DNA from: Takakia lepidozioides
Taxonomy: Eukaryota; Plantae; Bryophyta
DNA length: 64,000 bases
Direction of reading: 5' to 3'
Assembly: GCA_030704615.1 (NCBI GenBank)
Contig: CM060734.1
Location: 61,442,001-61,506,000, forward strand
A program made the translations under genes and the position numbers. How positions within the stretch are numbered: the stretch's first letter is position 1; every line of letters begins with the position of its first letter. Positions 56,201 through 64,000 of this stretch are shown here, in pieces. The notes under the pieces are model-generated. The model was not told where the DNA came from. It saw only the letters and a list, made by a program, of their open reading frames with translations, and made no database searches.

Positions 56201-59200
56201 AAATTTATGAAAGACAAGGTCATCAACAAGGTACAAAGGTTGTCCCTTTTTGTGGAAGAAACTTGTAGATATAAAGTAGCCATTTTGTGGGCCATGCGGA
56301 GGATCGCCAATGCAAAAAATTCCGTAATTCATAGATTTGACGGATATGGCCAGATCTGGGCTCTTAGGTGGTCACTTTGGAAAGGGGGTGTTCCATTTTG
56401 AGTAACAGGAGTCAGATTCATGTGAAAGGTAAGCTTGTCAAATGTCTGATTTCCTTAGTTACACTGGCAGGGTGACTTTGCGGAAGTTCGGTTGGCGACT
56501 TGGCGAGGCACAAAGGTTGCAGCTAAGATAATTCTGAGCAATTTTTCATCACAGCCTGGAGTTGTGTAAGCTCTTTGATCTTCATGTGTTGAATTATCAT
56601 GTTGTGGATGCCATCATTCTATACGCCTGTGGGATGCCTGCCTGAACTTACAGACATAACAGAGAAACGAAACTTCAAATCCTTCTCCCATGTTATGTTT
56701 TAAATCAGTTCATTGAGGATCTGGGTCTTTGGATTCAGCTTTATCCTTGAACGTTATGAATGACAATGGCTGTTGTTTGCATGCAGAAAAAACTTCACCA
56801 GAGAGCTGGTACTGCTGCAGCTCCTGCGCCACCCTAATCTTGTGCTATTTATGGGGGCCATCTACACAAGCCGATCTCATATCTTAGTCATGGAGTACCT
56901 ACCAAAAGTAATGTGTCCTTCCCTCTTGCTTCCATATTCCATTTGTCTCCCTTGTCCCCCTTGCAGTCTGATGCCATCTTTTCATCAACGTTCTTAGAGC
57001 AAGATCCGTGTTTAGCTCAATTGGACATAGAGGACCAATATGTATATTATGGTTTGTTGTAAACGAAATGCACAGAGAGGATAGTGTTGGGAGATATTGA
57101 TATTTCTGCTCAGATAAGTATCTCTTTAGTTGTGCAGAACATCGCTCGCCTGCGTTGATGCCTTTGGAGTGCGTGGAATGATCTCAGAGTAATGAATTAA
57201 TTACAAGGCGACCTACATGTGTTTTCTCATTTTGCTTGTGGTTTGATCTGCAGGGGACTCTACAAAGCATGATACGAAAAGGCCGGATTGAAGCTAAGAG
57301 GGCTTTGCGCTATGCACTTGACATTGCTCGGTATGAGATTCTTTTCGCGCTGTTGAACTCAACCTGATGTAGGAACATGCTCTCCAGTGATGACTTGAGT
57401 GAAGTGTAGAGTGATGTGAATACTAAGAACCTCTCTCTCTCTCTCTCTCTCTCTCTGCTACCCACTCAATGGCTTTCCCGCTCAAACTGGGCGCGGGGTC
57501 AATGGCCACAAGGCTACGGCAAACAACGTCTTATGAGTACAATCTCTTCTACCCACTCTTGGCACTAGACTGAAAGTTAAACTCGGGCAGGAAGCCTACC
57601 TTTGAACAGCAAACAGAAGCAGAGAGGAAAGGGAGAGTGCAATTGCCATTGTGTGGGCAACCTGAAGACAATATTCATTTTCGGATCCATTGTCCGGGGT
57701 TCTCTCACCAGAGAGATGCTCTCTTCAAATCTATCAAGGGAATTGTACCTGTACCTCTGTTTACCAACTTTGAAACTCTCGAGGCTGAGCCAAAAACCCA
57801 GGCCCTTTTGGGGCCTAGTTATTGGGCAAACCACACACAGCAGATTGATGCTTGTGTGAAGGGATTTCTAGAGGATATCTGGAAAACCCGGATCAATTGT
57901 TTATTCCAAGGTAAGTCTTACTACTGGCGTCAGCCCCTGACAAAGGTAGGTTCTGTCCCTTTGTGTTCCGTTCAAACTGGGCGCGGGGTCAATGGCCACA
58001 AGGCTACGGCAAACAACGTCTTATGAGTACATTCTCTCTCTCTCTCTCTCCCTTTTTTCCGCTCAAACTGGGCACGGGGTCAATGGCCACAAGGCTACGG
58101 CAAACAACGTCTTATGAGTACATTCTCTCTCTCCCTTTCCAAACACGACATACTACGAAGCACCATTTCATTTCATTTCTCTTACTATGACGTTATAAAG
58201 TGCCATTTCATTTCATTTCTCTTTCTTTGCAGTCTATTGCTGCACATGGAAAGTGAAAATTAAATTCTCTCTTCTTTTATTGCCCTTTATACTATGAGAT
58301 CTGTGGGAGAACTGTCTATTCCGCGGAACCCAATCTCTCACTGAAGTCTGCCAGTATGAGGATCAGAAATGCCTTGGCCCTTTGGCAATCCCTTGAGCAG
58401 TAGTTGCTTCTGGGCTTTTGGCTGTGGTTTTGTCTCTTCTTTCTTGTTTTTCCCTTTTGTCCCATAAGCTCGTTGAGCTTTCTGCGGACGTTATAAAGTG
58501 CTATTTCATTTCATTTCATTTCTCACTCCTCTCATTATAACGTTCCATTTCATTTTATTCTCCCTGCCCACTAGGAAGTCTATTGCCATTGGGTAGACTT
58601 GACCTAGGAGCAGATTAAAGTCTCTGTCACTAACGCCGGCCTTCTGACCTCGTGCCTATGTTTGTTTGACCTGAAGCGCTATACTTTGGGTATGGTAGTA
58701 CATTGGATTTGGTGGGAGAGAATGGGGCCTCTCCCTCCTTAGAAAATGTTTACGTGGATCATTCCCTGCAGCTCCTTCGGAGTGATGATCTCTGAATGGT
58801 AACAAGCGGATCCTTACCGCTTGGGAGCAGCCCCTCTGCTCAAAGTAGGTAAGTGCATGCTTGGAACCTGGGCTAGGGTTATCCCCTTTAAACCTTCAGC
58901 TTGCAAAATATGGAAAGTCCCTTGAAAATTCTCTGGCTACTGTCTGTAATCCCCAGGATGATTCCTGGGAATTAGTCACTTATGCCAAACCTAGAGCTTC
59001 ATGTTTAGTTTTTGGGGTGAATCCCAGTATGGAAGATGTCTCCTTTAAAACTACTTTCCCAATTGTAGGCTTGGATCATGTGGCTCATGGCACCATCTCA
59101 AGACTTGGTATCAGAAGTGCATTGAAGGTGACAATGTCTAAAAATGCTACAAGTAGAGGTTCACTTCAAATTAATCTCAGAGAAGTTTGACCCTTGACTG

Positions 59201-62200
59201 GTTGGAGAGCGATCTTAGACATTGGTGATTCAATGAGGCGCTTGGGGAAACAGTCAAGGATGGGGACTTTCAACTGAAAGTTTCCAATCCGTTTGAAGGC
59301 CTGGAAGAGGTTGACCCAGAAGAGTCAGACATGCTTTGCGTGCAGGGATTGATCTATGCGTGGTTGAAGGATATGGCATGCTCAATGGCATGACAACCCT
59401 CAAAGTCTACACGAGACGATCAAAGCCTACATGCAATGTAACAGTCCCACCAATGCAGAATTGCAGGATGTCTAGGAGCATTCAGAAGCAACCTAGACGT
59501 CAGACAATTCAAAGTGGCAAGCAAATGGCATTCACATTTTCTCTCTGGATTCGAGAGACTTAGCATGGTTGGAATTGTCGCCTCACACAGCAGATGCGTA
59601 CGCCAAGGCAGACCTAATAACGTTGCAAAGCATGGTTCTTTTAACTTCAGTATTAATCCCTCTGCAGTGGAAAAACTTAGTGAGACCCAAAGCTTTGCAT
59701 TTAGCTGATTGAATCACTTAAATATGTATATGTGTACCCCAGTTACAGCTGGAGGAAACCAAGATATGTATGTGAAGGGAGTACAGCAATCTCTTCACTA
59801 TCCCATTTCCATTTGAGATCCCGTCCTCCCTCCCTATCGTGCCATTTATAGCCATTGACATCCCCAACTAGCTTATCTGAAGTTTCTCATTTTTCTCGTG
59901 GTGCTCAAAGAAAGCATGTCGGTGTGTTCCAGAACATCTCATGTGGTTGTTAGGGGCAAGTTCGCCATACCTCCCTTAAGCTCTGGATGTGATGAATTCA
60001 AGGTCAGATGGCGGGGTCAGTTGAACTGCATGTCTAATACCAGATACCTAAGATAATCAACACGATTGCTTGGAATCAAGACCGTCCTGTTAAACAGGCT
60101 AAGTCTTTGCATAAAAGGGTAGAAGAGATTTTCAAGTATCTGAATATTAGTCCAGAAGAATTGACCCTACTGAGGGGGTTGTGTCCAAAGCCCATGTCTG
60201 ATGCCCAAAGACTGTCTGATGAAAATGAAGTTAGGCATAAAACTTCCCTGAACTTGTTTCCAGTCTGTGACGTGGGCAAGGACCTTAAGGATGATCTGAA
60301 GGGCCTACCTACCCTCGGCACTAGACTGAAATTTACTCTCGGGACAGGAACCTACCTTTGAACAATAAACAGATGCAGAGATGAAAAGGAGATTGTAATT
60401 GCCTGATGTGTGGGCAACCTGAAGACAATATCCATTTTCTGATACATTGTCCTGAGTATCCTCACCAGGGAGTGACACTCCTCAGGAACATCAAGAACAT
60501 GGTTACTACACCTCTTTGCACCAGCTTTCAAAATATTGAGGCTGAGCCTAAAGCCCTGGCCATGTTGGGATCCAACTTTTGGGCTGCTCACGCACTGCAG
60601 ATCGATGCTTGTGTGAAGGGCTTTTTATATCAAGGTAAGTCACATTACTGGAGTGAGCCCCTCACAAAGGTAGTGCTATTCCCTATGTTTCCATCCAAAC
60701 TGGGCACAGGGTCTATGGCCACAATGCTTCCTCTGCCCTGTACCCAGGTCAATGCCAATAAAGCTCATACAGTGGCAAGCTTGCCCGCATTCTAACGAGG
60801 GGTTTTAAGATTTTGGCTGCTTGTTGAGCTGGGCCCCACATTCTTTCTTGTATCCTGCTTACTTTTGTCCCATAATGTCTCGGACATTTCTATGGACATT
60901 ATTATAAGTTTGTTGTTTCTTTCTGTGGGTTTCCGCATGCCTCCAAAGTACCTCTGGACCAGGCAATTGACCTTTCCACTCCAAGGTTTGTTACATTTAT
61001 TCCTTTTGTATCAAATGTCTACAGGTGGCAGTGTACATGCAATCTTTTTAGGAGCTGCTCTGGTCCAATTTTCTCGAGTCTGATGATATGAGTGTGCGTG
61101 CAGAGGGGTGAACTATTTGCACGAGCACAAACCGGTGGCCATTGTACATCTCGACCTGACACCGGAGTAAGCATGGACGCCTTTAGTCCACTAGGCTCTC
61201 TCTTGTTTGAAAAGCCTGGTGCAAGCTCCCAGACCAAAATTCAACTTCGATCAATCTTGTATAGGGTTCTAAAGATGGTCTATCCCCGCCTCCTTCTCCC
61301 CAAGTGCTCATTGTCTCAAGATTGCTTTTGCTGGATCAGAAGTCTACAGTTTTCTCATTCCTTTCTTTTGGGGCAGACATATCTTACAGGATGAATCAGG
61401 CCACTTGAAGGTGGCAAATTTTGGGTTGATAAAATTGTTGCCAGACACAACAGGAAAGGGATGTTATGATGTCCACAAAAGACTTCGAAAGACGGAGTCT
61501 TGTAAGTCATGTCGAACCTGCAGCTTGTCCTTTCAAACACGTACAGTTTAAACAAAGAAAAGTCTGTATAAGGTCCACAGGAAGCTCAAAGATCTCATGG
61601 GACAAGGAAGGAGAAACCACTTGAGCAGAGAGATAATGTACTCAAAAGATGTTTTCCTTAGCCTTGCACATGGCCATAGACCCTGCCCCCAGTATGGGCG
61701 GAACAAGGGGGAACAGACACTACCTTTGTGAGGGGCTCTCTTGCAAGGAGACCAGAGAACACTCCGCAAGGACAACACATTTGACCTGTAGTGGGACTAA
61801 GTCAAGTGATATAAACATTTTGTTCGGGCTTTCCAGATTTCCTCTAGATTAAAGCCCATCACAAGCATCAATCTGCTATGAAACAATCAGAGAGCAAGAG
61901 TGAGAGAACTATGTATCTGAAAGTGTGTTGCTACTGCATGAGGGTTCTGCAGACGGGTACATGGCCCCAGAGGTCTTTCGACGGGAGCCCTATGACAAAA
62001 GTGCTGATGTGTTCTCCTTTGCTATCATTCTCCAGGAGGTATGGCCAGCCTCATCTTTCTTTCCAGTATCTACTGACCAGTGAACTGGCACATCTGCCCA
62101 TGCCCAAGGTCCCATTGATACATGAGCACTATTGGTTTCCCTGTACATGGATCAAAATGCATTTTGGAACCTTGGGTACTTTGATGTAGACTAGTGGAAG

Positions 62201-63040
62201 GGTTTCACTAGGTTTCCAGGGCACTTCAAAACATTTTAGGAATCCCTTTGGAGAGGGAATGAATAGACCCAGATGTCTGCTAGGCCTCATTTACAGGCGC
62301 ATTGATGCAATGTCTTGGAGTGTGTGACAGATGTTTGAGGGCTCTTCTAGCAAATTGAATACCCTAGATCCTCGAGTTGCAGCTGAAGAGAGGGCGGTGC
62401 ATCATAAGCGGCCTGATTTGTCCGAGAAAAACTACCCAACTGGCATGAAAAAGTGAGTCTCTCTCCTTGTGCTGATTGTCGACACTGAGAAATCTTAACG
62501 GCTGGTGAACTTGTAGATACAGCCAAATCCGTGCACAGTTGCAAGTGGCTGAGCCTTTGCACTGAGCAGTTTATCAATTGATGCAGTTGATTTGAAAGAT
62601 AATGTCTTGCTCACATCCGTTCCTCACGAAGGTCTAGATAAAGTCCTGCTGAGGCCATTTAATTTTTCCTCGGAGGGCAACCTCTTCCTTGTCTTCCTAC
62701 CTTTGTTAGATTTCTCTTTTAAATTTCACTCCAACACTACCACCCACACCCTCAGAGGTTTCAGAAGGCCTGCTATACTTTTTGTAAAGTGTACTCATGA
62801 CTGTACGAAGAGAGGAAGATAATCCACATGGGTTTGGGAGAGTCCACATCAAGTGGTCCAGTCCATGGGAACCTGTAAAAAATGTGGAGCTCCTCTGCTT
62901 GCAGACTGATCCAAGAATGCTGGCACGAAAACCCTGCTAAAAGGCCATCATTTGAAGAAATTACCAAGCGCTTGCATGAAATGCAGAAGATTTCCTTCTG
63001 CGGAGGACGAGAAGTGCGGCAGCGATGTTGCATCCTGTAG
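53272..63040 (+). CDS. Ankyrin-repeat ILK/VIK-like (Raf-like) kinase with two ankyrin modules; predicted pseudokinase
   Basis: 14 exons join in frame: 53272-53559, 53765-53839, 54276-54338, 54654-54917, 55428-55502, 56123-56230, 56471-56565, 56787-56907, 57254-57330, 61104-61166, 61377-61501, 61953-62038, 62331-62452, 62905-63040. Motifs DYDxRTALHLAASEG (twice), YEIDPKEL, WRGTKVAAK, LRHPNLVLFMGA, YMAPEVF, DVFSF and LIQECW...RPSF; ends RCCIL*. Confidence 0.92.
57458..58135 (+). mobile_element. Three stacked family A LINE 3' ends
   Basis: ctcaaactgggcgcggggtcaatggccacaaggctacggcaaacaacgtcttatgagtac at about 57480, 57970 and 58062. The middle copy retains the CCHC region CGQPEDNIHFRIHC. Confidence 0.9.
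58150..58562 (+). mobile_element. Family B LINE 3' fragment plus additional CATTT-tailed stubs
   Basis: 58271-58524 matches the 39.7 kb and 42.2 kb copies; CATTT runs at about 58164, 58204, 58503 and 58546. Confidence 0.85.
58570..60730 (+). mobile_element. Longer decayed family A LINE copy
   Basis: Post-RT-like segment SVCSRTSHVVVRGKFAIPPL (about 59920-59980), LGTRLKF..GT, CGQPEDNIHFLIHC and the family A 3' end (60620-60725). The 5' part (58570-59500, SNPFEGL) is only weakly ORF1-like. Confidence 0.65.
61565..61750 (-). mobile_element. Adjacent degenerate 3' remnants of family B (61565-61610) and family A (61625-61750)
   Basis: gtccacaggaagctcaaagatctcatgggaca matches the family B 3' UTR; gtactcaaaagatgttt...ggccatagaccc...tttgtgagggg matches the reverse complement of family A. 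Confidence 0.65.
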
Positions 63041-64000
63041 GAGAGCTTTGTACATGAACCCACCAAAATTGCCATTACTTGCTCAAGCAGAGGTGTGATC
63101 TCCATATTAGGCAAAGCTCTAGGACATTCTCGCATTCAAGTCTTTGAATGAGCCTCAGATCTAGCTTAGAAAGCATGTCCACAAAGTGACCACAGCCCCA
63201 CAGTAAGCTGCCGTGACTTTGACACAGCAGCTCCGCAGTGCGTCTGCCGTGAGCTGCAGGAGCAGGAAGTAAAGGAATATGGAGCCTCAAAGGCCAACGA
63301 CCGCAACTTGTGAGGAAGGCATTACGGGTCATGATGCGTGCAGGTCTGCAGATGAGATGTGGTTTCTGACACACTGAGATCAGGAAGTGTGTATGTATGA
63401 GTTCCGTGATTCAAAAGCTTTTGAATCACTATGACCGCAGATTGGTGTTGCTCACATGAAATAAATTTGCAAACCCTTGATTAGGGTTTCTGTTATCCCT
63501 TGTCAACCCTACACGCATGTCTCATTCATGTCCCCCGTACTTTCACTTCTGTGATGTGCCAAATAAATTGTTGTAACACACAACTCAGTTGATGAATTTG
63601 CAGATACAATCTCCAGTGAAAGGTAAAAGCTAGCCAAATACACAGTGTAGTAGTAGGCCATGAAACCTACAATTTTAGTGGACACAGGCCCAAAGATATG
63701 GTAAAGAACGTAAAGAAGGTCTGGTCTACAAGGCCATTTTCCAACCGGATTGTCATGGGTTGGAGCATTGTACAAGATCATATAACTGTTATTGAGATTC
63801 TTTAACCCCTGGTGAGCGACGACACCTGTTTTTTTGGACAAAACCGGGACCCACCCTCACACTCAGCTTGTAGCTTCCTACCCCATTCATCCACGTGGAT
63901 GAACTGTACGAAGTCATCCCTACCTACCAATCCACCCTTTTGTTTGGGAGATTATAACAATTGAATAAGGTGCATTTTCCGTAAAATGAAAAAAACAACC

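Noticed and set aside
63509-63930. Possible exon of a minus-strand gene entering from beyond the window
   Set aside because: An open frame of 110 aa is present but has no identifiable motif and cannot be supported without flanking sequence.

Overview
Intron-rich nuclear DNA from a land plant. An apparently intact inner-arm dynein intermediate chain gene suggests a lineage with flagellated sperm (bryophyte, lycophyte or fern grade). Seven spliced protein genes can be reconstructed by hand: SNAPIN/BLOC-1 subunit (+), a clade II serine carboxypeptidase-like protein (-), plastid ClpP3 (-), FGAM synthase PUR4 with about 30 exons (+), WDR63/DNAI3/IC140 (-), a NOL1/NOP2/Sun-type RNA methyltransferase (+) and an ankyrin-repeat ILK/VIK-like kinase (+). 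The kinase is the most unusual gene. It has an exon-level tandem duplication of its ankyrin module, degenerate catalytic motifs (HRD->HLD, catalytic-loop Asn->His, DFG->NFG) in an otherwise open frame, and a C-terminal CCIL prenylation motif, so it is a candidate membrane-anchored double-ankyrin pseudokinase. The stretch from 9.8 to 15.4 kb is a transposon graveyard: a hairpin minisatellite, two hAT elements and a Harbinger MITE with clean TIRs and TSDs, a Dualen/RandI-like LINE relic and a MULE/SWIM fragment. Introns carry two RTEX-like LINE families with (TC)n or (CATTT)n tails that are stacked on matching microsatellites. The divergent ClpP3/PUR4 intergenic region has a split tandem duplication enclosing a near-perfect 26-bp hairpin. 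All family assignments come from remembered motifs, not database searches. No CRISPR array, rRNA or intact tRNA was found.
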